64,000 nucleotides of DNA from Longimicrobiales bacterium (GTDB lineage: Bacteria; Gemmatimonadota; Gemmatimonadetes; Longimicrobiales; Gaopeijiaceae): positions 620,001-684,000 of the forward strand of contig OY730414.1 in assembly GCA_963422615.1 (NCBI GenBank), read 5' to 3'. Position 1 is the first letter of the stretch. Every line of letters begins with the position of its first letter. The notes under the pieces are model-generated. The model was given only the letters and a program-made list of their open reading frames with translations, made no database searches and was not told the origin of the DNA. Positions 39,136 to 49,211 of this stretch are shown in pieces. A program made the position numbers and the translations under genes.

Positions 39136-41532
39136 ATGGCTGAGAACGTAATCGGCACTGATATTGTTCCGCCGGACCTGCGGGCGAAAATCACCGGCAG
39201 GGCCCGTTACGCCGAGGACTTCCGGGCGGAAGGGATGGTCTTCGCGAAACTCCTGGGGAGCCCCATGCCCCACGCTCGGGTTCGACGAGTGGACACCCGG
39301 GCGGCAGAGGCTATGGAGGGCTTCCTGGGCATTCTCCGGGCCTCCGACCTCCCGCCCGTGGAAGGGTTGGGAGAGGGCGCACTCACCGACGAGCCCAAGT
39401 ACGAGGGTGAGCCGATCCTCGCGGTCGCCGCGGTGGACGAAACGACCGCGGCCGCGGCGGTGGAGGCGATCCGGGTAGATCTGGAGCCCCTGCCCTTCGT
39501 TTTGAATCCTCTGGAGAGCCTTCGGGAGGGAGGACCGAACGCCCGCCTGGATGGGAACGTCGGCGGGCGGGGCGAGGCCCTCACCGTCAAATGGCCCGAT
39601 TCCGTGTTCGAAGAAGCGGACGCTGACAAGCTTCCCATGGGGGAGCCTACGACCGAGTGGTCCATTGGCGATGTGGAGCCGGCATTCGCCGATGCGGCGG
39701 TGGTGGTTGAAGAAACGGTCATGCACCAGTCCGTCACCCACCACCCCATGGAGCCCCGGAGCTGTATGGCCTACTGGCAGAACGGAAAGCTGTACATCCA
39801 CGGTTCCACCCAGAGCGCCGCCCGGACCCGCCCGAACGTGGCGGGAATGTTGGACATGGACCCGGACGACGTGGTGCTCGTGGCCGAGTATTGCGGCGGG
39901 GGCTTCGGCAGCAAGATCGCTGGGTCTCCCATCATGGCGGTGCCGGCCGCCCTGTCTCGGAAGATTGGCCGTCCTGTCATGCTGCGCATCACCCGGTACG
40001 AAGAGAACTACATCGGCCGGGCTCGGGCCGGCTTCCAGGGGTGGGTGCGTATGGGATTCCGGACCGACGGCCGCATGACCGCCCTGGACCTCTACCTGGT
40101 CCAGGACGGGGGACCGTACGGTAGGGCCAGCGACTTCTCAACGGCGGCCACGGTCGCGTCCTTGGCCTACCAGCCCGAGAACATGCGCTTTCGGGGAGTG
40201 CCGGTGTACACCAACACCCCGCCCCGCTCGGCCCAGCGGGCCCCGGGGGGTGCCCAGATCGTCGCCATGCTGGAGCCGTTTATGGACAAGGCGGCCCGGG
40301 AACTGGGTGTGGACCGGCTGGAGATCCGGAAGGTCAACGCGGCGGGCCACGACGGCTGGGTCGGTTCCGGCAAGGCGCCCGTTACCAGCGCCTACGTGCG
40401 GGAAGCCCTGGATGTGGGCGCCGAACTCTTCGGGTGGGAGGAGAAGAGGCAGCTCTCGGGTCGCAGGAAGGGAACCCGGGTCAACGGCGTCGGGATCGGG
40501 CTCAGCCCCTTCGTGGCCGGCAGCACGGGCTTCGACGGCCTGTTGGTGGTCCGCCCCGACGGGAAGCTCCATGTCCATCAGGGCATCGGGAACCTGGGAA
40601 CCCACTCGATCGCCGATACGGCCCGGTCCGCGGCCGAGGTTCTGGATCTTCCCTGGGACCGGGTGGTCATCGTGTGGGGCGACACCAGCAAACACCTGCC
40701 CTGGAGCTCGGTCCAGGCCGGCAGCCAGACGACCCACGCCCACACCCGGGCCAACCACGCGGCGGCCACGGCGCTCAAGGGGTTGCTCCAAGAGCTGGCC
40801 GCCCGGGATCTCGGGGGTGCGCCCAGCGACTATCGGGTTTCCGACGGTCGCGTCTACCGAGCCGGGAACCCTTCAGTCGGGATGGACTTTGCCCGGGCGG
40901 CGCGGCGGGCCATTCAGCTCGGCGGGAAGTTCAGCGGTGGGGAGGTCCCCGAAGACATCCACAACATGACCAAGGCATCCGTCGCGGGTCTGGCGGGGCA
41001 GGGACTGATTGCGGCCGCAAAGGACAACTATCCCCACGAGGGCAGCACCTTTTCGTGGGTCATCAGCTTTGCCCACGTCGAGCTGGACGTGGAAACGGGC
41101 GAAGTCGAGATCATCGACTTGGCTTCCGCCGCAGACTGCGGCACCGTCTTGCACCCGCGAAGCCTGGCGGCCCAGACCAACGGCGGCGTCTTCCAGGGCA
41201 TTGGGATGGCGAAGGGCCAGCGTTGGGTCTTTGATCCCAAGTGGGGCATCCCCTTTACCAAACGCTTCTATACGGCCCGCCCCCCGGGGATCCTGGATCT
41301 GCCCCTGAGCCCCCGCTTCGCCGCCGTGAACCTACCCGACCCCCAGACGCCGGTCGGTGCCAAGGGGATCGGTGAGCCGCCGGTCGGCGCCGGAGAGGCG
41401 GCGTACGCCTGTGCGGTGGCGGACGCGATGGGAGGGCGCTGCTTGTGCAGAACGCCCCTTACCGCTGACATGATTCTGGCCGAACTGGAGGGGCGTCCCC
41501 GGCCCTACGGCGTGCTGGACACCCATGTCTGA
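39136..41532 (+). CDS. Molybdopterin-binding large subunit, xanthine oxidase/aldehyde oxidoreductase family
   Basis: KITG.A.Y..D, MEPR, STQ, GGGFGSK, AQRAPG, KGIGEPP (catalytic Glu). Confidence 0.95.
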   Translation: MAENVIGTDIVPPDLRAKITGRARYAEDFRAEGMVFAKLLGSPMPHARVRRVDTRAAEAMEGFLGILRASDLPPVEGLGEGALTDEPKYEGEPILAVAAVDETTAAAAVEAIRVDLEPLPFVLNPLESLREGGPNARLDGNVGGRGEALTVKWPDSVFEEADADKLPMGEPTTEWSIGDVEPAFADAAVVVEETVMHQSVTHHPMEPRSCMAYWQNGKLYIHGSTQSAARTRPNVAGMLDMDPDDVVLVAEYCGGGFGSKIAGSPIMAVPAALSRKIGRPVMLRITRYEENYIGRARAGFQGWVRMGFRTDGRMTALDLYLVQDGGPYGRASDFSTAATVASLAYQPENMRFRGVPVYTNTPPRSAQRAPGGAQIVAMLEPFMDKAARELGVDRLEIRKVNAAGHDGWVGSGKAPVTSAYVREALDVGAELFGWEEKRQLSGRRKGTRVNGVGIGLSPFVAGSTGFDGLLVVRPDGKLHVHQGIGNLGTHSIADTARSAAEVLDLPWDRVVIVWGDTSKHLPWSSVQAGSQTTHAHTRANHAAATALKGLLQELAARDLGGAPSDYRVSDGRVYRAGNPSVGMDFARAARRAIQLGGKFSGGEVPEDIHNMTKASVAGLAGQGLIAAAKDNYPHEGSTFSWVISFAHVELDVETGEVEIIDLASAADCGTVLHPRSLAAQTNGGVFQGIGMAKGQRWVFDPKWGIPFTKRFYTARPPGILDLPLSPRFAAVNLPDPQTPVGAKGIGEPPVGAGEAAYACAVADAMGGRCLCRTPLTADMILAELEGRPRPYGVLDTHV

Positions 41533-41629
41533 CCGGCTTCCGACCGACCGCCGGCTTCGTGATCTCGGCCGGTTCAGGTGCACGACGGGCTTGCGCGTTC
41601 GACCGAACAACTGAAGGAGGATCCAAGAA

Positions 41630-42631
41630 ATGGCCGTCATTCGGGATATGATTCCGCCGTTCGAGCTCTACCAACCGGCTGGCGTTGGCGACGCGGTACG
41701 CCTGCTCAATGAGCATGCAGACCGGGGATGGGTACTGGCGGGAGGGCTGGACACCTTCGACTGGTTCAAGGATCGGATCAAGCGGCCGGCGGCGGTGATT
41801 GATCTGGGGGGCATCGACGAACTCCGCGGCATCGCGGCCGGCCCGGATGGCGGACTCGACATCGGCGCGATGACGAGCCTCACGGAACTTTCGGAAAACG
41901 GGGACGTCAGGAGCCGCTATCCCCTTTTGGCCGAGGCTGCCGAGCTGGTTGCCACGCCCCAGATCCGCAACCAGGGCACGTTGGGCGGCAACATCGCCCA
42001 GGACACCCGTTGCTGGTACTACCGAAGCGGATGGCCCTGCTATCGTGCAGGAGGCAACATCTGCTACGCGGCGACACCCCGGTCCATGAACCGGGAGCAC
42101 TGCATTCTGGGTGCCAGCCGTTGTGTAGCCGTCAACCCGTCGGACACGGCTCCGGCCCTGGTTGCCCTGGACGCCCAGATGGTGGTGGCCAACGTCTCCG
42201 GGGAGACGACGTATGCCGCCGAAGACTTTTTCATTGGTCCGGACATCGACATCACGCGGATGACGGTCCTGGAGCCGGGCGACCTGCTGACCCGGATTCG
42301 CCTACCCGCGCCCCAGGCCGGAGCGCGCTACTACTTCGAGAAGATTCGGGACCGGAAGTCCTGGGACTTTTCCCTGGCTAGCGTGGCCACGGTTCTCGAT
42401 GTGGAGGCCGGCGTGATCCGGGACGCCCGGGTGGTGGTCAACGGCGTGGCTCCCTATCCCGTGCGACTGGGCGCCTCCGAGGTCGCGGTTCGGGGACGGA
42501 GTCCGGACGATGAAGCGGGACAGGCGGCAGGAGCTGCGGCCGTGGCGGGTGCTCGGGCGCTTCGCCACAACGACTACAAGATCGCCCTGATGCGGAACCT
42601 GGTGAGACGTTCGATTCGGGACGCGGCGTAG
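41630..42631 (+). CDS. FAD-binding medium subunit with [4Fe-4S] insertion (PaoB/HcrB-like)
   Basis: LAGG.D, ATPQIRN.GTLGGN, RCWYYR...C..AGG..C...C, PSD.A.AL. Confidence 0.93.
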   Translation: MAVIRDMIPPFELYQPAGVGDAVRLLNEHADRGWVLAGGLDTFDWFKDRIKRPAAVIDLGGIDELRGIAAGPDGGLDIGAMTSLTELSENGDVRSRYPLLAEAAELVATPQIRNQGTLGGNIAQDTRCWYYRSGWPCYRAGGNICYAATPRSMNREHCILGASRCVAVNPSDTAPALVALDAQMVVANVSGETTYAAEDFFIGPDIDITRMTVLEPGDLLTRIRLPAPQAGARYYFEKIRDRKSWDFSLASVATVLDVEAGVIRDARVVVNGVAPYPVRLGASEVAVRGRSPDDEAGQAAGAAAVAGARALRHNDYKIALMRNLVRRSIRDAA

Positions 42632-42680
42632 TCGGCGGCGAACCGAAGCATCCGGCCTGGCCGGAAGGGAGGGGTAGGCG

Positions 42681-43529
42681 ATGGATTTCCTGAGACGGGC
42701 GCTGAACCCGTGGGGTGAAGAGGTCCCCATGGGGGTTTCGTGGGATTTGGCCTGGGCGGCAGTCGCTCTGGGCGCCCTCTTCGTGATCGGTCACGCCCTC
42801 CTGATTCCGAAGAAGACCGGCGGCGGCAAGGCGGATGCGGATGCGGAAGAAGCGGAGGGGCTTCCAAAGAAGATCCTGCGTCATTCGCTGGGCGCCCGGG
42901 CATTCCATTGGTCCATGACCGTTGCCATGTTCGTCCTTCTGATCACGGCCTTCTTCCCATTGTTGGGCATTCGGTTCCCATGGGTGACGATTCACTGGAT
43001 CGCGGGATTCGGCCTGATCTTGACCTTGATTTACCACATTTACCACGCGCTCACAAAGCAGGATATGGGAGCCATGTGGATCGGACGGCAGGACGTTGAC
43101 GAAACCGCCAAGAGCTTGAAAGTGGCCCTCCGCGCCTCGGAAGAGGAGCCCCCCCGGTCCGGTAAGTATCCGCCGGATCAGAAGATGTTTCACCATGTGG
43201 CCACGGGGGTGACCGTAGGCGCCATCGTGACGGGTCTGCTCATGATGTTCCGCATTGACCACTTCCTGTGGGGGCAGAACCCTTACCTCTTCAGCGACGC
43301 CGTTTGGGGATGGATTTACGTTGTGCACGGGGTCTGCGGAATCGGGCTCATCTTTCTGGTGATCGCTCATGTGTACTTCGCCATCCGGCCCGAAAAGCGC
43401 TGGATGACTTGGTCCATGATTCACGGCTGGATCGACCGTGACCGCTATTTGCAGAACCACGACCCGAAGCGGTGGGTGGTCGCGCGGGGTGAGACTGCGG
43501 AAGGCCGCGGCGACGGCCAATCTTCGTGA
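42681..43529 (+). CDS. Di-heme cytochrome b, formate dehydrogenase gamma (FdnI)-like membrane anchor
   Basis: RHS...R.FHW, IHW, GKY...QK, VHG, AHVY, SMI.GW, H.P.W motifs. Confidence 0.88.
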   Translation: MDFLRRALNPWGEEVPMGVSWDLAWAAVALGALFVIGHALLIPKKTGGGKADADAEEAEGLPKKILRHSLGARAFHWSMTVAMFVLLITAFFPLLGIRFPWVTIHWIAGFGLILTLIYHIYHALTKQDMGAMWIGRQDVDETAKSLKVALRASEEEPPRSGKYPPDQKMFHHVATGVTVGAIVTGLLMMFRIDHFLWGQNPYLFSDAVWGWIYVVHGVCGIGLIFLVIAHVYFAIRPEKRWMTWSMIHGWIDRDRYLQNHDPKRWVVARGETAEGRGDGQSS

Positions 43530-43620
43530 CGGCTGCGGACCTTCATGGGAAGCCGGACCCTGCCATGCGGGCCCTTCGAGGTGGCGGATGCGCAAACCCC
43601 CTCCGGCCCCCGCTCCCCTG

Positions 43621-43995
43621 ATGACCCTTGAAGACCTGAAGGCCCGCGTCGACCGGATCGAGGAGAGCTACGAGTTCTTTCTGGCCTATGCCGCCCAGGG
43701 GCTAACGGAGGAATCGGCCAGCAGCGCGGGAGAGCAGGTTCGAGATTACCTGCGCCTTTATGACGAAGCCCTGGACGGCCTGGTGGACGGATTCCGAGCC
43801 CATCTGCCCGGCGCGGCGGGCCACGAAGGCGCGCTGTCGATCCTGGAACGGGATGTTCAGGCGTCCCGGGCCCTGGTGCGCCTGGTTTCCGCCCAGCCGG
43901 TGATTTCCTCCCAGCTGATCGACAACCTGAACGCCTCCATCCACATTCGGGCCCTGCTGACGGATTTGTTCCTGCTGGGAGACGTGGTGAAGTGA
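43621..43995 (+). CDS. Acidic helical hypothetical protein (124 aa)
   Basis: Coding-like codon usage. IEESYEFFLAYAAQG...ISSQLIDNLNASIHIRALLTDLFL. Follows the Mo-enzyme cluster on the same strand. Confidence 0.75.
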   Translation: MTLEDLKARVDRIEESYEFFLAYAAQGLTEESASSAGEQVRDYLRLYDEALDGLVDGFRAHLPGAAGHEGALSILERDVQASRALVRLVSAQPVISSQLIDNLNASIHIRALLTDLFLLGDVVK

Positions 43996-44131
43996 CGGAG
44001 CGCGCCGGGAGCGGACCGCCAGCGTCCGTACGTCCCGGTTGTTGAGGCCCGGGGCTCCCGACTTCGTTCCTACCACTGCGTCGTCAAGCTTGCGGCTTGG
44101 GGGCTAGGCCGGGGGAATCACCCCCCCACCT

Positions 44132-45151
44132 TTAGCCTGCCGCAAGTCGCAACCGTCTGTACTCCCGGAACGAGATCAGCTTTCGTCTCCCTTCATCCCA
44201 CAGCGTCAGGTTGAGGGTCTTCAGTCCGTCGAGAAGCGTCATCCGGGTCACCGCCCAAAGCTCCGGGTTCTCATCGTGACACCGCTGAAGTCGATAGTTG
44301 GGGATCCGGCTGCTCAGATGATGGACGTGGTGAAGTCCGATGTTGGCCGTCAACCACTGCAAGGGCTTCGGAAGCTCCAGGAACGAAGAGCCGTGGAGGC
44401 CGGCGTCGTAGTAGTTCCAGTCTTTGTGCCAGTGCCAGTAGGCGTCTTCGAATTGGTGCTGGACGTAGAACAGCCAAACCCCTAAGGCGCACGCGCATAG
44501 CGTCACGGGAACTTGTACGAGAAGGAAACGGTCAATCCCGATGGTCAGCCACGCGAGAGCGATGATTCCTGCCAAGGCGGCGTTGGTCACCCACACCGAA
44601 CGCCACTCCCGCTTCCAGGCCCTGGGCACGTCCCAGGGGAAGCGGTGCTTCACCAGGAAGTGGAATGCGGCGCCGGGCCCGAAGAGAACCACCGGATTGC
44701 GGTAGATACGATAGCCGAATCGCTGGAGCCTGGTCATGGCCTCGTATTCCTTCACCGTCTTGGTGCAGATATCCCCGAAGGATCGCAAGTCCAGGTCGCC
44801 GGAATGGGCGTGGTGGATTGCGTGGGTCTTCCGCCAGTAGTGGTAGGGCGTGAGGGTCAGCACACCGATCACCGAGCCCACCAGGGTGGCCAGCCTGCGG
44901 GACTTGAAGTAGGAGCCGTGGCCGCAGTCATGTTGGATCATGAAGAGCCGCATCAGGAATCCCGCGGCGGGAATCGCCAAGAGGAGGGTGAGCCAGTAGC
45001 CGACCTTCAGGCTCAGGAACATCAGGAGCCAAGTCGCGACATAGAGAACTGCAGTGGTCGAGACCTGCCGGGTGCTTCTTCGGCTGTCGGGACCGAAGTA
45101 GGGGGACAGAACTTTCTTCCAGCGTCTTACTTGGTCACGGTCCGGTTTCAT
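44132..45151 (-). CDS. Membrane fatty acid desaturase (Des-like)
   Basis: His boxes HDCGH, HAIHH, HHVHH plus YVQH, IPNY. Start could be further upstream (45220). Confidence 0.93.
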   Translation of the reverse strand: MKPDRDQVRRWKKVLSPYFGPDSRRSTRQVSTTAVLYVATWLLMFLSLKVGYWLTLLLAIPAAGFLMRLFMIQHDCGHGSYFKSRRLATLVGSVIGVLTLTPYHYWRKTHAIHHAHSGDLDLRSFGDICTKTVKEYEAMTRLQRFGYRIYRNPVVLFGPGAAFHFLVKHRFPWDVPRAWKREWRSVWVTNAALAGIIALAWLTIGIDRFLLVQVPVTLCACALGVWLFYVQHQFEDAYWHWHKDWNYYDAGLHGSSFLELPKPLQWLTANIGLHHVHHLSSRIPNYRLQRCHDENPELWAVTRMTLLDGLKTLNLTLWDEGRRKLISFREYRRLRLAAG

Positions 45152-45790
45152 CTCGCTTCGTTTTCGCCTTGGCGGGTGGTTGTGGACGGGCCGGGATTTC
45201 TCAGTTTGGGAAGGATTCAATATAACCGGAGCGGGGCATATTTATCGTTTTGGTGCGGAATTCCAGCGGCCGAAGCCAATTTGTTAGAGCCAGGATGGCT
45301 TGGGGAGTGTGGGCCGGTGAAGTTGCCGGGGGGTGGCGAAGGACCGGATCGCCGAACACGGATATGCTCCGGCACCTTGTCGCCGATCTGGACCTCGAAG
45401 CCCGTTGCCGCTCTAAGGGACGGGGACCGTCAGAGGCACGTGTCGTTCGTGGCCGCCGCCAACTCCTTCAACGCCAAGAGATCCCTTTCCGGTCGGTCCC
45501 GTACTCGCACTCGCGTGAGGAGGTGAGGCCCCTTGGCGTCAAGCAACTCTTCGTCCGCCAGATCGCTCGGCACCTGGAGATGAGCCTCTTCACGATCAAC
45601 ACCGGAGAATACGCTTGGCAAGGGCCGCGGCCCTTCAGTCGTTTTCCCGGGAGACGACCTTGTCGGCGCAGGACGTCCAGAAAGCCGGCTCGACTTCCGC
45701 TTGTGGCCTCCGCCTCCATGGCTTCCAGCTCCCAGACGCCTCCGGGGGATTGGGGCGCCGGGCTCGCATAAGTGGCGGTGAGAGTACGGT

Positions 45791-47338
45791 CTACCGCCCT
45801 TCCGGCACTCCGTACGGGTACAACCCTCCCAAGTCCACATTCTCATAGGGGAGGGCGTCCAGGAAGGTCGTGCCCACGAAGGGCTCCGGTGCCTCTACAA
45901 TCACGATCGTTTGGGCGAATCCGGTTTCGTCAAAGCCACGGCGAAAGTGAACCCGGGACTTGACGACGAAAACATCATAGTCGTCGGGGTCGATGGAGCC
46001 GAAGCGAAACGCATCCGGGTACAGGACCTGGGTATACGTCGGCGTAATGACCACAAGATTGCCGTTGCCGAAGGAGACCGCAGCGATGGCGTCGTAGCTG
46101 AATCCCTGGCCGAAGTATTCCAAGGTGCCCTGGATCCGCCGGGGCGTGCCTCCCGACGGCGTGAATCCACCGATCTCCGCGTCGAAAGGGTCACCGGCTC
46201 GGACCCCGGCTTCGGACAGAGCCTCCAGGGTGTGGGGGGAGGTGATGGTGCCGTAGAGTACCTTGCCGATTCCGGCGTCTTCGAATGCCCCCAGGATGTG
46301 GGTTGCGTCCCCGGGGCGGTCGCTGTGGTCGCCCACGGCCACAGGTGTCTCCCGACGGGCGACAGCGTCTGCGACGATCCGGGCGGCTTCCCGAGGCTGG
46401 GGGTACCGTCCCTGGGCGAAATCCTCCCGCACCCGCCACATGAAGTCGTCCATGTCTTCGGCGATCCGGTCCGCCAACGGCTGGTCTCCATTGGTCATTA
46501 CATGGATTGTGGCTCCCACGTCGGGGACGTCCGACCAGGGGTAACCGTAAAAGATGCTCACGTAGGCGTCGGGCTCCCGGGCCTCCCATCGCCGGGCCCG
46601 TTCCATGATGTCCATGGATGGGGATCGGCCCGTCCACTGGAGTACCGTAGCCGTAATGATCCCGGGCTTCCTCGTGGCCGTTACCGGTGTGTATTCGCCC
46701 AGAGCGACAAGTCGCAAAGCCCGGGCCGCCCGCTCGCCTTGGATGTAGGCGTCGTAGTGGGGATAGCGTTTGGTTGTGAAGGCGAAGTCGGCGTGCTCCA
46801 GAAACGCCCCATCCTCGTTTCCGTGAAGGTCGAAGGTCCCTGCGATGGGTACCCCGGGGCCGACCACCTCCCGGAAGCGCCGGGCGATCTCGGCCTCGGG
46901 GCGGGGCACATCTCGCACGGCCATGGCCCCGTGCAGGGCCAGGTAGACGCCGTCCACCGGGAGCTCGCCTTCCAGCTCCGCCAGCATGGCGTCCAGGAAA
47001 TGGTCGAAGGTGTCCTTCGTGTTCCAGCTCCGGGAAGAGCCGCCGAAGACGCCAACGGGGGAAGTCAGGGGCACCAGCTCTACATCTCCGAACTCCCGGG
47101 CCCGCTGGGCGAAGCCCCGGATGTACCCGCCGGACGCCAGGAGCGCTTCGCCCGAGAGTGGTTGGCTCGCCTGTAGCCAATCCTCGATTTGCGTATCTCC
47201 GCCGGGACAGAACGTGCAAGTCTCATGTTGGAAGCGCGCGACCGCGAACCGGAGCGTTTCCCCATCGCCGGCGGGGACGCAGGCCGACAATGAAGCGGCG
47301 ATGGCGGCGAAGACGAAGACCGAGCGGGCGTGGCGCAT
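45791..47338 (-). CDS. M81-family metallopeptidase (MlrC-like), lipoprotein
   Basis: HET.TF, LHGAM, DLHGN, YPH.D, D.PG, VVKS..HFR. Lipobox LSAC. Confidence 0.92.
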   Translation of the reverse strand: MRHARSVFVFAAIAASLSACVPAGDGETLRFAVARFQHETCTFCPGGDTQIEDWLQASQPLSGEALLASGGYIRGFAQRAREFGDVELVPLTSPVGVFGGSSRSWNTKDTFDHFLDAMLAELEGELPVDGVYLALHGAMAVRDVPRPEAEIARRFREVVGPGVPIAGTFDLHGNEDGAFLEHADFAFTTKRYPHYDAYIQGERAARALRLVALGEYTPVTATRKPGIITATVLQWTGRSPSMDIMERARRWEAREPDAYVSIFYGYPWSDVPDVGATIHVMTNGDQPLADRIAEDMDDFMWRVREDFAQGRYPQPREAARIVADAVARRETPVAVGDHSDRPGDATHILGAFEDAGIGKVLYGTITSPHTLEALSEAGVRAGDPFDAEIGGFTPSGGTPRRIQGTLEYFGQGFSYDAIAAVSFGNGNLVVITPTYTQVLYPDAFRFGSIDPDDYDVFVVKSRVHFRRGFDETGFAQTIVIVEAPEPFVGTTFLDALPYENVDLGGLYPYGVPEGR

Positions 47339-47551
47339 GGTACGAACCTCCTCAATGAGGGAGTGAGGGGGAGCGAAGGTTACAGGCCGAAGCTACGGCG
47401 ACCGGGCCCGGGACCCAAGTTGCCCAGAACCCTGCTGGGTTACCATACTACCGGCGGCAAACCGATACTTGAGCGGACCGGCCTGATTCCCCACCGGTGT
47501 TCGCCCACCCATCATTCGCCGCGGCAGGGACCGCTGGCTGTGGAGACTCCC

Positions 47552-48814
47552 ATGGAATACGACCCCACCCTCCCCTGGTACCGACGGCTTCACTGGCAGG
47601 TGCTGGCGGCGATGCTTCTGGGCGGCCTGACTGGAGTACTTTTCGGAGAACCGGTAGCGGACAAGATCAGCTGGATCGGTGATCTGTTCATGAAGCTCCT
47701 TCGGATGATCATCGTCCCCTTGGTGCTCACGTCGATCGTTTCGGGAGTGGCGTCGGTGGGTGGGGGACGGGCGATCGGGCGTCTCTTCAGCAAGACCCTG
47801 GGCTACTACGTCCTGTCCAGTTTCCTGGCAGCCAGCGTAGGCCTGCTCATGGTCAACCTCATCAAGCCCGGGGTGGGCGCCAACATGAGCGCCGCCGACC
47901 GCCAGGAGATGCCGGAGCTGTCCACGCCGGACTCCGCCGTAGACCTGATCTTGGATATCGTGCCGGAGAACTTCATCCAGGCGGCTTCGGTTCCTGACAT
48001 GCTGGCGATCATCTTCTTCTGCATCGTCTTTGGCGCTGCCATTACCACCCTGCCGGAGCGGCCCCGAACCCTGGTCACCGAAATCTTCGACGCCTTCTTC
48101 CGCGTCATGATGGCCCTTACTTCGGGGATCATAAAGTTCCTGCCCATCGGCGTATTCGCCCTGATTACCACGATGGTGGCGAACACGGGGCTGGAGTCTT
48201 TCTCGGCTCTACTGAAGTACGTGCTCACCATCGGGTCCGGGCTCACCATCCACCTCTTCATCACGCTGCCGCTCCTCCTTCTCCTCCTGGCCAGGATTTC
48301 GCCGAAGATCCACTTGCTGAACATGCGGGAACCGCTCCTGGTCGCGTTTTCGACGAGCTCCTCGGGCGCCACCCTGCCGGTCACAATGAAGACCGTGAAA
48401 GACAAGGTGGGTGTGTCGAACCGGGTTTCCTCGTTCACCCTCCCCATGGGCGCGACGGTGAACATGGACGGGACGGCGGTCTTCGAGTGTGCGGGTGCTC
48501 TTTTTATCGCTCAGGTGCTGGGGTATGAAATTGGCTTGACAACCCAGGTTCTCGTGGTCATGACGGCCCTTCTGGCCTCCATCGGAGCCGCAGCGGTTCC
48601 TTCCGCCGGCCTCGTGGTCATCTTCATCGTACTGGATGTCATCGGCCTGGGGAGCAGTCCGGAAGCGGCGCTGATCGTCGGCGCCATGCTTGCCATCGAC
48701 CGGCCTCTGGACATGTACCGTACCGCGGTCAACGTCTTCAGCGACTCCTGCGGTGCGGCCATCATCGCCCGTTCCGAAGGCGAGGAGGGAGTGGATACGG
48801 AGGTGCGAACGTAG
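47552..48814 (+). CDS. Dicarboxylate/amino acid:cation symporter (DAACS)
   Basis: LLRMII.PL, AFSTSSS.ATLP, GATVNMDGT, D..RT..N...D. Confidence 0.95.
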   Translation: MEYDPTLPWYRRLHWQVLAAMLLGGLTGVLFGEPVADKISWIGDLFMKLLRMIIVPLVLTSIVSGVASVGGGRAIGRLFSKTLGYYVLSSFLAASVGLLMVNLIKPGVGANMSAADRQEMPELSTPDSAVDLILDIVPENFIQAASVPDMLAIIFFCIVFGAAITTLPERPRTLVTEIFDAFFRVMMALTSGIIKFLPIGVFALITTMVANTGLESFSALLKYVLTIGSGLTIHLFITLPLLLLLLARISPKIHLLNMREPLLVAFSTSSSGATLPVTMKTVKDKVGVSNRVSSFTLPMGATVNMDGTAVFECAGALFIAQVLGYEIGLTTQVLVVMTALLASIGAAAVPSAGLVVIFIVLDVIGLGSSPEAALIVGAMLAIDRPLDMYRTAVNVFSDSCGAAIIARSEGEEGVDTEVRT

Positions 48815-49211
48815 TGGGGCACGGCGCCCACCTGACTCAGGCGAGGTTGATTCGGGACCACCAGAGAGCTTCGATGCGGCTACGTGCTCAGCGAACTCTT
48901 CCCACTCATGACGATTCAGGAGGAGGTGTTTTCACCGTTCTACCGCCTCGTCATATCCAGACCGGGCCGAATTCCGGGATGAGACCCCACGAGGCTCGGG
49001 GCGAAGTCCGGCTGTCCCGGAGGGTTGTAGTTCGAGGCCGTCACAGCGATTCCCCGGTCCGAGCGCCGCGGCAGTAGGTTGCCCGGTTGGGTGGTTCCGC
49101 CACGGTTGACCTGGGCCATTCTGTTCGCCATCTGAAGTTGGGAGAGAGGTTGTGCGGCCGAAATCACCCGCCCGGCCGGCCCATCAATCTTCTCGGAGAA
49201 GGAGCAATCTG

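Noticed and set aside
38498..42631. Aerobic CO dehydrogenase (coxLMS)
   Set aside because: The active-site loop is AQRAPG, not AYxCSFR, and the small subunit has a Tat signal.
45791..47338. Microcystin degradation (mlr) cluster
   Set aside because: M81/MlrC homologs are widespread, and no mlrA or mlrB is adjacent.
48815..49200. Possible small gene behind GGAGGAGG near 48919
   Set aside because: Only very short ORFs without recognisable features, and no properly spaced start codon.
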